The position numbers and the translations under genes were made by a program. Under the pieces are notes generated by a model. That model made no database searches and was not told the origin of the DNA. It was given only the letters and a program-made list of their open reading frames with translations. From Escherichia phage 232Ecol030PP: a stretch of DNA of 64,000 bases. This document shows, one piece after another, positions 19,552 to 28,450 of the stretch; positions within the stretch are counted from its first letter, which is position 1, and each line of letters begins with the position of its first letter. Where the stretch lies: sequence record PP355090.1. One strand, 5' to 3'.

Positions 19552-20079
19552 TTATGCGAGTACCGTCTTTAACCGTTCTTCAAACTTCCGAAGAGTATTC
19601 TGGCGTTCAGCTCTTTGCTTTTTGTAAGTTTCAATACGCTCTGAAATGAGAGTGTATCGTTCATTTACTGATTCTTTCATAAAATCAGGAATTTCACGAG
19701 AAGCTTTAATCTCATCAAATTTATCAATAACAGCTTGCTCTTCAGCAATTAAGTTATCATACATCAAAATATCTTTCTTGATGAACTCAATATCTTCTTG
19801 AGTTACACGAGATAATTTAGATGCTTTATCCTTTTTGTACTGTTCGTTAGTATCACGAGACCAGTGTAATGTACGATTTTTATTCGTATTCTTGTAAATT
19901 TCTACAATACCAATCTCATCGATAATAACGATCCAATTCCAACGAGATTTGTAAATTTGTCCTCCGTCAACCGTGATTTCACCTCCGATTGAGATGTCAT
20001 TAAAGAACTTACTTTGTGCTTCAGATTTAAATTTACCATCGTTGTAATTTACCAGGTTGAAAATATCTTTAGCGTTCAT
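19552..20079 (-). CDS. hypothetical protein
   Basis: 175-aa ORF, ATG start, downstream of early promoter. Confidence 0.55.
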   Translation of the reverse strand: MNAKDIFNLVNYNDGKFKSEAQSKFFNDISIGGEITVDGGQIYKSRWNWIVIIDEIGIVEIYKNTNKNRTLHWSRDTNEQYKKDKASKLSRVTQEDIEFIKKDILMYDNLIAEEQAVIDKFDEIKASREIPDFMKESVNERYTLISERIETYKKQRAERQNTLRKFEERLKTVLA

Positions 20080-20106
20080 TTTGTGTTCCTCCGTAGTTGA
20101 TAGTTG

Positions 20107-20137
20107 TATAGTACCACAGAGGAACAGTCTTGTAAAC
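20107..20137 (-). promoter_or_regulatory. T4-type early promoter (conserved GGTACTATACAACTATC class)
   Basis: Minus strand GTTTAC (plus 20132-20137), spacer, TACTATACAACTATC, RBS, ATG at 20079. Confidence 0.5.
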
Positions 20138-20139
20138 CA

Positions 20140-20454
20140 CTAAAAGAAACTTCTTTCACAATTTTTTCCACTGAACCATGCGCTTACCGCTTTCTTAGTC
20201 TCAGGAGCAGTGTTATCCATAAACCATTCAAAGGCAGTCTTTTTATGATTCTGGAGGGCTTCTCGGGCTTTAATCTGCTCACGGTCTATTAACACTAACA
20301 TATGAGCCTTTCTTGTCACCATGGGCTTCTTATGATTTTTTGAATACTCCCAGTCATTTGTCCATCGCATTGTCGTTGCGAACTTAAATACTGCTTCTTT
20401 AATTTTAGTTTCGTAAATTTCACGAGCCTTTGAGTATAACATCATTACCTCCAT
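20140..20454 (-). CDS. hypothetical protein
   Basis: 104-aa ORF, ATG start. Confidence 0.5.
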   Translation of the reverse strand: MEVMMLYSKAREIYETKIKEAVFKFATTMRWTNDWEYSKNHKKPMVTRKAHMLVLIDREQIKAREALQNHKKTAFEWFMDNTAPETKKAVSAWFSGKNCERSFF

Positions 20455-20544
20455 TCACCAGTTTAATTCTAGTCATCTTTTTAATGGCAGTCCATATAAT
20501 CTATTTCTGAACTGCCTTTTTGTCATAGAAGTCCTCTTATGAAT

Positions 20545-21513
20545 TTATTTCAGAAGAGTAACCTCAGCGATTTCTTGCCAACCGTTTTTGTCGGTCATAA
20601 TAAAGTCAGCAAGATAAAGTGCAGTACGCAGTGAAACATTGCGTAAACGGTTAACATTGACTTTCATCCATGATAATGCTTTATAAGTTTCTTCATCAGA
20701 AAGACCGCGCTTTTGCATCATGTCAGTTGAAAGAATAACATCTTCAACCCTGACCATAATTTCTTCATTAGTGTGAACACCCAAATCCAAATAAACCGAG
20801 CGGGACACTAATGCTTGTAAATGTGGAGCAAGTTTAGTACCACGGTCTAATTCGCGGTCAATGTCAACGTTTGTGATAAAAACAATCGTTCCTTTAAATT
20901 CAAACTCACGCTCAATGCCTTTTTCTTCTAAGTAAGAAGATGCGGTGCTCCAGCAGACTTTACGGGTCTCTCCAGTGTCCAGAGCAGCTTTCAGAAGATT
21001 AAGAATGTCCATATCAGAGAAAACATCCACATCATCAATCAAAAGGACAGAATTCTCTTCACGATTATTCCAAAGTTGTTCATAAAGACCGATACCGGAG
21101 ATTTTACCGTTAATGCTTTTATATTCAATGTATCCATTATCATTTGCTTTATTCAAAGCTTTATCTAAAGAATACGTTTTACCAATACCCGCCGCACCAG
21201 AGATAATTAATGAACGAATGTTTCCGTTAATAATACCATTCGTCATCATTCCCATAACATTAAATCTTTTATTAATGCGGGTTTTCATATCTTCATATGA
21301 TTCTTTAACTTCTTCAACTTTTACACCATCATATGAAATGTCTGATTTGTAAACCCAAACACCGCGACGCTTACCGTCAATTTCAACAAAAACTTTACCA
21401 TCTCCTTGTGCATCTACCGGAGCATTATCTGGGAACCATTCACCTAAGAGCTCAAAAGTTCCAGAGATTTCTTTACCGAAGTAGATACCCTTATTGATAG
21501 TTACAGTTTTCAT
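20545..21513 (-). CDS. P-loop ATPase (AAA-like)
   Basis: Walker A GAAGIGKT and Walker B VLLIDDVD; ATG at 21513 with GGAG RBS (track start 21531 is GTG). Confidence 0.65.
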   Translation of the reverse strand: MKTVTINKGIYFGKEISGTFELLGEWFPDNAPVDAQGDGKVFVEIDGKRRGVWVYKSDISYDGVKVEEVKESYEDMKTRINKRFNVMGMMTNGIINGNIRSLIISGAAGIGKTYSLDKALNKANDNGYIEYKSINGKISGIGLYEQLWNNREENSVLLIDDVDVFSDMDILNLLKAALDTGETRKVCWSTASSYLEEKGIEREFEFKGTIVFITNVDIDRELDRGTKLAPHLQALVSRSVYLDLGVHTNEEIMVRVEDVILSTDMMQKRGLSDEETYKALSWMKVNVNRLRNVSLRTALYLADFIMTDKNGWQEIAEVTLLK

Positions 21514-21543
21514 TTTATTCTCCAATCTCACATTTGTTTTGAT

Positions 21544-21579
21544 AGGGTAATAGTATCACACTACTACCCTTCTGTAAAC
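21544..21579 (-). promoter_or_regulatory. T4-type early promoter with embedded palindrome
   Basis: GTTTAC (plus 21574-21579); -10 region GTGATACTATTAC flanked by inverted repeat agggta/taccct. Confidence 0.5.
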
Positions 21580-21582
21580 AAT

Positions 21583-21846
21583 TTATTTTAACGTTCGCCA
21601 AATTTTTACTGCTTCACGGCGAGATACTTCTACAGCTCCAAGTTCTACAGCTTTTTGGCGTCGGCGAGCGTGTAAGTCATAATGTTTAATGCGTTTATCT
21701 TGAAACCAAGAACGTTTCATTCCTATTGCTTCTGCCATTTCATGAAGCTCTTCAATATCTCCATCAGTGAACATATGACAATTTTTAGTTGGATGACCGC
21801 GAAGTTTCCATCCATGATTCATTAAAACATCTACGTAAACTGTCAT
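21583..21846 (-). CDS. hypothetical protein
   Basis: 87-aa ORF, ATG start. Confidence 0.5.
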   Translation of the reverse strand: MTVYVDVLMNHGWKLRGHPTKNCHMFTDGDIEELHEMAEAIGMKRSWFQDKRIKHYDLHARRRQKAVELGAVEVSRREAVKIWRTLK

Positions 21847-21992
21847 TGATTCTTCTCCAAATAAGTTTCGATAATTTTCTGAGCGAGATAAACTGCATTA
21901 TCTTCAGTTGCATCTTCTAAGAAACTTTCAAAACACTCTGAAATTTCTTCTGTGTCAATCAACTTTTTTACTTCAATTGGTGTAATTTTCAT
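21843..21992 (-). CDS. hypothetical small acidic protein
   Basis: ATG at 21992 (MKITPIEVKK...); the longer track start lies inside the promoter. Confidence 0.4.
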   Translation of the reverse strand: MKITPIEVKKLIDTEEISECFESFLEDATEDNAVYLAQKIIETYLEKNQ

Positions 21993-22026
21993 TTTGTTTT
22001 TCCGTTTAAGTGTTTGTTTTGATAGT

Positions 22027-22060
22027 TGTATAGTACCATAAAGCTTTATGCTTGTAAACA
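22027..22060 (-). promoter_or_regulatory. T4-type early promoter
   Basis: GTTTAC (plus 22055-22060) and conserved TACTATACAACTATC -10 block. Confidence 0.5.
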
Positions 22061-22084
22061 ATTTTGTGAAAAATTTTTGAAATA

Positions 22085-22108
22085 AAAAAGGGAGCCCGAA
22101 GGCTCCCT
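22085..22108 (-). terminator. intrinsic terminator
   Basis: Hairpin gggagcccgaaggctccc preceded on plus strand by A-run (T-run after hairpin on minus RNA), directly after stop of the upstream gene. Confidence 0.6.
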
Positions 22109-22109
22109 A

Positions 22110-23123
22110 TCATTTATAATAACTTCGGTGGTTTTCAAGATAAACCCTCTCAAGGAAGTCATCCCAAAAACCCATGTCTACTTTTTGCTGCATACCGTTC
22201 TTAGAAGCTTCAGTAGATGCTGCTTCTACTTGATCGACCACATCTTCCAAAAACTCTTGAACCGTTTTAAATGGATGTTTACCCAACTTCACGTCGAGAA
22301 TAAATGGAGCATCTTGGAGTGGATAAACCAAGTCACCAGTTTTGTAAATTTCCAATAGTTGGAGTCCACCACGGCAAGCATGACTCAGAGCTTTCCAGTC
22401 AATACCTTCATTGGCTTCGGCCTTACGAGCACGTTCACCGTATTCAGCATCTAATTTGTTCAGTGACTGCTTAAGCTCAATAAGAGAAAGCGTTGTCTGA
22501 TATTTACGACCCAACACAGTGTAGAACGTTTGTGGGCCTGTTTTCTCATGATTATGGAACACCCATTCACAGAATTCGTTTTCTGGAAGACGATGCTTAA
22601 TATCTTCAACTTTAGTACGACGCTGCTTAATGGAACCGTCTTCTTGGTAATCAACCCATTGCTCAGGGATTTGATTAACTACTTTCAATACATCACGTAA
22701 TGCAGCCAAACGAGAACCCTTGACGCCGTATTTAGAAGCTTGCTTGCGGACATATCCTAAATATGATTTCATGTTAGTCGTATAAAAACGAGAACGGTTG
22801 TCTTGAATAAACTTCCACACATCAGGCAAATCAGATTTAACCACTAGTTCAGGTGGAGTGTGAAGCATATCTAACGCTACAGTTTCACCATCTGCTGCTA
22901 ATTTAAAGAAATATTTAAGACTGTATAGTTCATGGTCAATATCATCTTTAGTGTTTTTAGATGATGTGTTGTTAGTGTTTTTACTCATGTGCTCTTTAAC
23001 ATTTCCAATAAGAATATCACGAGCAGGAGGAACAAAGATTTCTTTAAAATCTACATCAGATTCTGGGGTAGAAGTTCCATAAAGATGACTACCAAAATAG
23101 CTTTTCATTACTGTTTTCATCAT
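22110..23123 (-). CDS. Pol-beta-superfamily nucleotidyltransferase-like protein
   Basis: N-terminal motif GSHLYGTSTPESDVDF (GS...D.D nucleotidyltransferase signature); 337 aa. Confidence 0.6.
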   Translation of the reverse strand: MMKTVMKSYFGSHLYGTSTPESDVDFKEIFVPPARDILIGNVKEHMSKNTNNTSSKNTKDDIDHELYSLKYFFKLAADGETVALDMLHTPPELVVKSDLPDVWKFIQDNRSRFYTTNMKSYLGYVRKQASKYGVKGSRLAALRDVLKVVNQIPEQWVDYQEDGSIKQRRTKVEDIKHRLPENEFCEWVFHNHEKTGPQTFYTVLGRKYQTTLSLIELKQSLNKLDAEYGERARKAEANEGIDWKALSHACRGGLQLLEIYKTGDLVYPLQDAPFILDVKLGKHPFKTVQEFLEDVVDQVEAASTEASKNGMQQKVDMGFWDDFLERVYLENHRSYYK

Positions 23124-23581
23124 TCAGCCTTATATTCAATAACAGGACATACTTTAGCTTTACGCGCTTTTAAAAATTCGACGATAATAGATTTCTTGGG
23201 TTGAATAGGAGGTAAACCTTTATACGCCCTATCAATATTTTCTACATGTAAAGCATAATCCTTTTTCCATTTATAATCTTTATATTTTTCATGCAGTTGT
23301 GCAGGAATAACAAATGAACCAATAATAAGTAAAATAAGCAAAATGGCAAGTATAAATGCTGATGGAATAAGAGTCCATAAACTACCAAAAATAAGCCATT
23401 TCTGTATGATTTCTGCACAGATAATAGTTAGACCTGCGAGTATAGTACATCCGAAAAAAGAAACGAAAAATGTAGGGATAACAATAGACCAAAAGTATGC
23501 ACACAGTGTCTTAGGTCGTTTCCATTCGTCGTTAAACAGTTTGAATAATTTATAGTGCCAAGAGTTTTCATTAATAATCAT
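23120..23581 (-). CDS. membrane protein
   Basis: 153 aa with 3-4 hydrophobic helices. Confidence 0.55.
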   Translation of the reverse strand: MIINENSWHYKLFKLFNDEWKRPKTLCAYFWSIVIPTFFVSFFGCTILAGLTIICAEIIQKWLIFGSLWTLIPSAFILAILLILLIIGSFVIPAQLHEKYKDYKWKKDYALHVENIDRAYKGLPPIQPKKSIIVEFLKARKAKVCPVIEYKAE

Positions 23582-23583
23582 AA

Positions 23584-24105
23584 TTATCCTTTCATTGAAG
23601 GTGTAACAGTTGTTAAATACTTAATCATAGCTTCAGCTTCTGATTTTGATAATGAAATTTCTTCATTGTTTTGACGAATAGAAATAAAATCCGGATGACG
23701 GTCACCACCGGCTTTTAAAACACACATATAAGTATCAGTTTCATCTTCAATATTTGAAATGATTGAAGCAGTTCCACACGAATGTGGTTTTTGATAAATC
23801 AATACAGCTTTTCTTCCACCGTTTGACTGTTCATAAACTTTTAACACATCAAACAAATCGCTTCTTTTATCAATAGCTAAGATGTTGTTTTCATCTTCAA
23901 TATTAAATCCTTCGGATACTTCATAAAGTGTCACCCATAAATCACCAATATCAATAACAGCGTTCACTTTTCCATGACTTTCAAGAGCATTACAAATTTT
24001 CTTAATTTCATCATAACTCATTTTAATAATATCATCTCCTTGAATAAGGAAGATGTCATTTTTAAATTCAACACGAATTAAACCACTTCCACTTGAAATA
24101 AACAT
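23584..24105 (-). CDS. hypothetical protein (tandem paralog A)
   Basis: 173 aa; C-terminus SEAEAMIKYLTTVTPSMKG similar to neighbour. Confidence 0.55.
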   Translation of the reverse strand: MFISSGSGLIRVEFKNDIFLIQGDDIIKMSYDEIKKICNALESHGKVNAVIDIGDLWVTLYEVSEGFNIEDENNILAIDKRSDLFDVLKVYEQSNGGRKAVLIYQKPHSCGTASIISNIEDETDTYMCVLKAGGDRHPDFISIRQNNEEISLSKSEAEAMIKYLTTVTPSMKG

Positions 24106-24111
24106 ATTTCC

Positions 24112-24645
24112 TCACTTTGAAATCATAGTTGGAATGACAGAATCGAGATAAGTCTTTAGCGCAATAGCTTCGTCTTTGGTAAATGTGACAATATGTGATC
24201 GAAAATCGTCGATTTGGCGAATAGTTAAGACATCACCATCTTCATAGCATTTTGATACGTTTAAAACAGTTTCATCATTCTGATTGCAAGCGTTAGTAAT
24301 AATAGCATTGCAATTTTTGAGCCATTTTAAACTATGTTTTCTTTCATTAGAATAATAAAAATATTTAATCTTATCTATAAAACTATCCCAATGGATAACT
24401 GATAAACACATTGACTCACTTTTAATATTAAATCCTGGGCATGAAGAATAAAAATGAATTTTGTGCTCATCATTGATGCTTACTATTTTATCAGTATAAG
24501 GATATTCAATTTGGGTTAAATGAATGATTTCACTAGGCGTAAAATATAGCATATCGTCTTCTTGTGTCAAACGATACATATTATTTACTTTTTCTATAGC
24601 TAATTCACCAAAAAGCGGACTAACTTCTAATACTAATCGTTTCAT
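24112..24645 (-). CDS. hypothetical protein (tandem paralog B)
   Basis: ATG at 24645 (track start is GTG); C-terminus DEAIALKTYLDSVIPTMISK. Confidence 0.55.
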   Translation of the reverse strand: MKRLVLEVSPLFGELAIEKVNNMYRLTQEDDMLYFTPSEIIHLTQIEYPYTDKIVSINDEHKIHFYSSCPGFNIKSESMCLSVIHWDSFIDKIKYFYYSNERKHSLKWLKNCNAIITNACNQNDETVLNVSKCYEDGDVLTIRQIDDFRSHIVTFTKDEAIALKTYLDSVIPTMISK

Positions 24646-24803
24646 ATTGATTCTCTTCGACTCACCCACAATTACATACTCCTTTGAATAATATCAATAA
24701 TGTTGTTCACCAGATTATAAGTAAACATTGGATAATTATATTGAATCATCACATACACAACAAACAAAACTTTCATTCTCTTCTCCTTGGCAGTTGACAA
24801 GAT

Positions 24804-24833
24804 TACTATATCATAATCTTGCCAACTTGTAAA
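24804..24833 (-). promoter_or_regulatory. T4-type early promoter
   Basis: Minus strand GTTTAC (plus 24828-24833), 18 nt, TATAGT; lies within inverted repeat gttgacaagatt/aatcttgccaac. Confidence 0.45.
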
Positions 24834-24835
24834 CC

Positions 24836-25010
24836 ATTAAATGGCGTTTTCAATAAAATTCTGAAGCTTTGTGTGAGCATCAACCATGATTTTCATTTCT
24901 TCCTTTGCGAAAGCTGTACCTCTTTCCCGAGCAGAATACTCATAGTCAGAAACTGCATTAGCATATTCTTCAATTAGCTTCATTAAAAACATCTGCTTTT
25001 CAGTTTTCAT
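24836..25010 (-). CDS. hypothetical small protein (58 aa)
   Basis: ATG at 25010 with AGGTGG RBS, fills an otherwise empty 330-bp gap; below track size cut-off. Confidence 0.35.
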
Positions 25011-25194
25011 TATTCCACCTAATCATTTCAAGATATTGAACTAACTTAGCTTTGGATTTATCCAAATCCTTTTTAGCTGCTTCTATACCGTCGTATGAAT
25101 ATCCTTCACAATGCTCAACTGCTAATTGGTATGAATCTATTTCAATATCACGTGCTAATTTAATGATTTTTTCAAACTGTTCACGTGTTAGCAT
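25000..25194 (-). CDS. hypothetical protein
   Basis: 64-aa ORF, ATG start. Confidence 0.45.
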   Translation of the reverse strand: MLTREQFEKIIKLARDIEIDSYQLAVEHCEGYSYDGIEAAKKDLDKSKAKLVQYLEMIRWNNEN

Positions 25195-25196
25195 AA

Positions 25197-25400
25197 TTAA
25201 ACTCTCGTATTATGATCGATAATTTCATCAAGAAACATATCTAACGCTTCTAAAGCATTATCAACTTTAGCTTCAAATTTTTCAATACCTTTATTTGCAA
25301 TGCCTGCCGAAAACCAAGCAAAGTCACTAAGTTCCTCATCTGCTTTGCGAATTAAAGCTACCAATTCTTTAATTTTATCTGCTTGTTCAATTCTAGTCAT
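25197..25400 (-). CDS. hypothetical protein
   Basis: ATG at 25400 with GGTGG RBS (track start is GTG). Confidence 0.45.
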   Translation of the reverse strand: MTRIEQADKIKELVALIRKADEELSDFAWFSAGIANKGIEKFEAKVDNALEALDMFLDEIIDHNTRV

Positions 25401-25588
25401 TATTCCACCACATATGAAAGAGAGAATATTGCACACGCCATATGAGTTGCAGCTTCATCACACATATCATAACGTTTCTTAAGAAGTTCTACAAGTTCTT
25501 CACTAGTAACTTCATCCATGTCGACGAAAAAATCACCATTAATGATGACGTAGATATTTCCTTCTTGATTAAGTGCTTCAATTTTCAT
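25400..25588 (-). CDS. hypothetical protein
   Basis: ATG at 25588 preceded by AGGAG RBS and early promoter. Confidence 0.5.
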   Translation of the reverse strand: MKIEALNQEGNIYVIINGDFFVDMDEVTSEELVELLKKRYDMCDEAATHMACAIFSLSYVVE

Positions 25589-25607
25589 GATGTTCTCCTC
25601 TTTATCC

Positions 25608-25646
25608 GATAGTTGTATAGTACCACAGCTCAAACGGAAAGTAAAC
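25608..25646 (-). promoter_or_regulatory. T4-type early promoter
   Basis: GTTTAC (plus 25641-25646) and TACTATACAACTATC block. Confidence 0.5.
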
Positions 25647-25655
25647 CGGTAAAAT

Positions 25656-25679
25656 GAAAAAAGTCTCCCGAAGGAGACT
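25656..25679 (-). terminator. intrinsic terminator
   Basis: Hairpin agtctcccgaaggagact with adjacent A-run (T-run on minus RNA). Confidence 0.55.
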
Positions 25680-25683
25680 AATG

Positions 25684-26070
25684 TTATTCGAGGGAAAGAA
25701 GATACTTACTTTGGTAAAACATTCCAGTAATATCATCTATCGTGCTTTGGATGGCTGGAGGCATTTCTTTATAAATGCTGTTAGATTGGTCTAGTATGCG
25801 ATCAATCATTTTAATTGTGTCGGTAGGAAGTTTACTGGCATCTGGAATAGAAGGCGTGTATTTTCTACCAGAATACCCCAAATATTGCTCACCAAATTTA
25901 TCAATCAAATCTGGCAACTCAGAGAAAATAAAATCGTATGCTTTGTGTCTAGCATAACTTTTAGTTTCAAAATGCGCAGAATGAAAATAAGCTTGTGCAG
26001 CCATTAATAAACCTAAGTATTCATCTGCCTTTGAAGGTTTTCCACTTTGTGAAAAGTCGCTGAATTTCAT
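25684..26070 (-). CDS. hypothetical protein (rI.-1 position)
   Basis: 128-aa ORF immediately downstream of rI. Confidence 0.55.
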   Translation of the reverse strand: MKFSDFSQSGKPSKADEYLGLLMAAQAYFHSAHFETKSYARHKAYDFIFSELPDLIDKFGEQYLGYSGRKYTPSIPDASKLPTDTIKMIDRILDQSNSIYKEMPPAIQSTIDDITGMFYQSKYLLSLE

Positions 26071-26360
26071 TCAGTCTCCAATTTAATGTTCATAATTCTA
26101 GCGTATGATTGTGCCATCTCCGCGCCTCGCTCTATACATTCAAAATCGGAAGAGCACGGGTCATTTTTATAAGTCGTTCGCATAAAACTATAGAACTGTT
26201 CAGATGATTCTACGCTTTTATTTTCAAAAAGCATATAAACGTGTCTAATACCAGATTCCATAAATTTATCAAAATGAGGATCGACATTCGCTTCAATTGG
26301 TGGAGATAAAGCAAACGCTAATCCTAGCATGGCAAATAGTGCCGTTGCTTTTAAGGCCAT
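26067..26360 (-). CDS. rI: lysis inhibition regulator rI (periplasmic antiholin)
   Basis: 97 aa with N-terminal signal-anchor MALKATALFAMLGLAFALSPPIEA; recognised as T4 RI. Confidence 0.85.
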   Translation of the reverse strand: MALKATALFAMLGLAFALSPPIEANVDPHFDKFMESGIRHVYMLFENKSVESSEQFYSFMRTTYKNDPCSSDFECIERGAEMAQSYARIMNIKLETE

Positions 26361-26372
26361 AAAGGCCTCCTA

Positions 26373-26585
26373 TCATTTTTGTCCTGTATTTACTTTATGC
26401 CGATGCACGGCCTTAACTTTATCAAGGTATTTTTCAAAATTTCGCAATCTAGTATAGTCTGCCGGAGATTGGTTGAGTGATACTTCTCGACGCAAAGCTG
26501 AAATGATATTTCCAACTTCCCTACGAATTTCATCTAATTGAAGCACAGTAAGATTGCGAAGTTGCTTTTCAGTTAATTGTAGCAT
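26373..26585 (-). CDS. hypothetical protein
   Basis: 70-aa ORF, ATG start. Confidence 0.5.
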
Positions 26586-26627
26586 ATATACCCCTTTAGT
26601 TAGATAAACCTATTTATAACTTTTGCA

Positions 26628-27209
26628 CTAACCGAGCTTTTTAGTTAATTCATTCCAATGTTTTCTACACAAAGAAACATAAATTTCATCACCAATACAG
26701 ATTTGATTACCTTCTTTAACTGGTGTTCCATCTTCCATTAATCGAGCTGTCATAATAGCTTTTTTACCACAATGACAAACTGCCTTTAGTTCAATAAGTT
26801 TATCTGCAATCGCCAAAAGTTCTTTAGAACCTTCAAATAATTTTCCAGCGAAATCAGTCCTTAGCCCATAAGCCATAACAGGAACATTATATGTATCAAC
26901 AATTCGACTTAATTGATGCACCTGTTCAGTTTTTAAAAACTGAGCTTCATCTACAAATACACAATGAATATCTTTTTGTGCTTCAGCCCATTTATAGAAC
27001 TCAAAAATATCCATATCATCAGTAATAATATTCGCTTCCTGCTTAATTCCAATGCGAGAAACGACTTCACAGACAGAATCGCGAGTATCAATAGCAGGCT
27101 TAAGAACTAATACACCCATTCCGCGTTCTTTATAATTATGTGCAGCAGTCAAAAGAGAAGCAGATTTTCCAGCATTCATTGCTGCGTAAGTAAAAATTAA
27201 ACTCGCCAT
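26628..27209 (-). CDS. tk: thymidine kinase
   Basis: 193 aa with P-loop (AAMNAGKS) and C-terminal Cys zinc site; recognised as T4 Tk. Confidence 0.9.
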   Translation of the reverse strand: MASLIFTYAAMNAGKSASLLTAAHNYKERGMGVLVLKPAIDTRDSVCEVVSRIGIKQEANIITDDMDIFEFYKWAEAQKDIHCVFVDEAQFLKTEQVHQLSRIVDTYNVPVMAYGLRTDFAGKLFEGSKELLAIADKLIELKAVCHCGKKAIMTARLMEDGTPVKEGNQICIGDEIYVSLCRKHWNELTKKLG

Positions 27210-27218
27210 ATCACCTTC

Positions 27219-27404
27219 TTAAAGCATATTCACATAAGCTATTAATTCGTTTTCTTTCTTATCAAACCGATCAGCAAATTCTTCTTGCTGTTCGGGAGAT
27301 AGCGGGCCGTATTCATCATAAAAGGTGTTTGCTTCTGTATGCTCATCTAGAAGTTCATGGATAAGCTCAAACAATTTATCTTTTTGTTCTTTACTCAGAC
27401 TCAT
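27219..27404 (-). CDS. hypothetical protein
   Basis: 61-aa acidic ORF. Confidence 0.5.
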   Translation of the reverse strand: MSLSKEQKDKLFELIHELLDEHTEANTFYDEYGPLSPEQQEEFADRFDKKENELIAYVNML

Positions 27405-27574
27405 ATATTAATTTCCAGGAGTTTTAAAATAATTCGCTTTTGCTTAAATATTTCCATAGTTAAATGACCAGTATCTTTTTGACCGATTCCAATGGCAAAA
27501 CCTTTATTAACAGCGAGTTCAATTAAATTATCAAGCTCACGTAACACTTCATACTGTAACTCAAAACTATTCAT
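27401..27574 (-). CDS. hypothetical small protein (57 aa)
   Basis: ATG at 27574 overlapping upstream stop (ATGA) and stop overlapping downstream ATG; below track size cut-off. Confidence 0.35.
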   Translation of the reverse strand: MNSFELQYEVLRELDNLIELAVNKGFAIGIGQKDTGHLTMEIFKQKRIILKLLEINI

Positions 27575-27783
27575 TTCGGTTTACCTTCTTTAACGAAATC
27601 TGGATAAGGATAAAATCCCGAATAAAATCCTTCACCTTTATGATTGATGCATCCTTTATTAGAACAATAGCACCAATAATCGAAATCACAAGCCATTTCA
27701 TCGTTGCATAAAGCAAAAACAACTGGCCATTTACACTTTTCACAATGGGCATTTTTAAGAATACTAGTTTGGCTCATAACCAT
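27571..27783 (-). CDS. cysteine-rich small protein (possible zinc-binding)
   Basis: 70 aa with 8 Cys (CEKCKW...CNDEMACDFDYWCYCSNKGC). Confidence 0.5.
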   Translation of the reverse strand: MVMSQTSILKNAHCEKCKWPVVFALCNDEMACDFDYWCYCSNKGCINHKGEGFYSGFYPYPDFVKEGKPK

Positions 27784-27986
27784 GTAACCTTTAAGCAGTA
27801 TTCTTCTACATGCTGTTTACGACCTTTCTTATCAATAAAGGTATATTCAACGAATGTTCCAATGTAGTCTTTATCTACATCATGCGGACTATTAATTGGA
27901 CATTTAGTACGGCAAATGCGTTCCCATTGACGAATAATTACTGCCTTATTCTTTGGGTCATATGGATGTGGATAATGTATATTCAT
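27774..27986 (-). CDS. hypothetical protein
   Basis: First ATG at 27986 (track start is TTG). Confidence 0.45.
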   Translation of the reverse strand: MNIHYPHPYDPKNKAVIIRQWERICRTKCPINSPHDVDKDYIGTFVEYTFIDKKGRKQHVEEYCLKVTWL

Positions 27987-28450
27987 AATAACGGTTCCCA
28001 ATCAACAATCACAATTTCTAATTTAGAGGAATATGTATCTAAAATCCCCTCAATAATATCCCAGTTCCCTTTACCTATGCCTGCACCAATCCTAGGCATA
28101 TAGATTGTAGGTTTAATCAGTTTATTTTCACCAAACTCATTTAATTCTAACATACAATTCATTAAAGCGGAATACTCAAAATTTGGCCCTGGTTGAAATT
28201 GAGTATAAAGGTTGAAGCAATACGCTTTATGAGTCCTAAAGTATTTTTCATAGACTGAGTAAGAACCGAGTTTAGTTACATCACCCCATTCAGTCTGTAA
28301 TTTATCAGCTTCCAAAATTTTAGGGAAAGCTTTGGTTAATTGACCCGCTACGCCTGAACCCATAGTATGAAAACAATTGCATCCATGCGCAATATTTTTA
28401 CCTTCAGCGAAAAGGGCGACAATATCGCCCTTGATATATTTTACAATCAT
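27983..28450 (-). CDS. macro-domain-like protein (putative ADP-ribose binding or hydrolase)
   Basis: Motifs GDIVALFAEGKNIAHGCNCFHTMGSGVAGQL and PRIGAGIGKG resemble macro-domain signature segments. Confidence 0.5.
   Translation of the reverse strand: MIVKYIKGDIVALFAEGKNIAHGCNCFHTMGSGVAGQLTKAFPKILEADKLQTEWGDVTKLGSYSVYEKYFRTHKAYCFNLYTQFQPGPNFEYSALMNCMLELNEFGENKLIKPTIYMPRIGAGIGKGNWDIIEGILDTYSSKLEIVIVDWEPLL

Noticed and set aside
22989-23204. Plus-strand ORFs in the early region (22128-22358, 22989-23204, 23343-23555 and others)
   Set aside because: Each overlaps a longer minus-strand gene with better start signals; the whole early region is transcribed from the minus strand.
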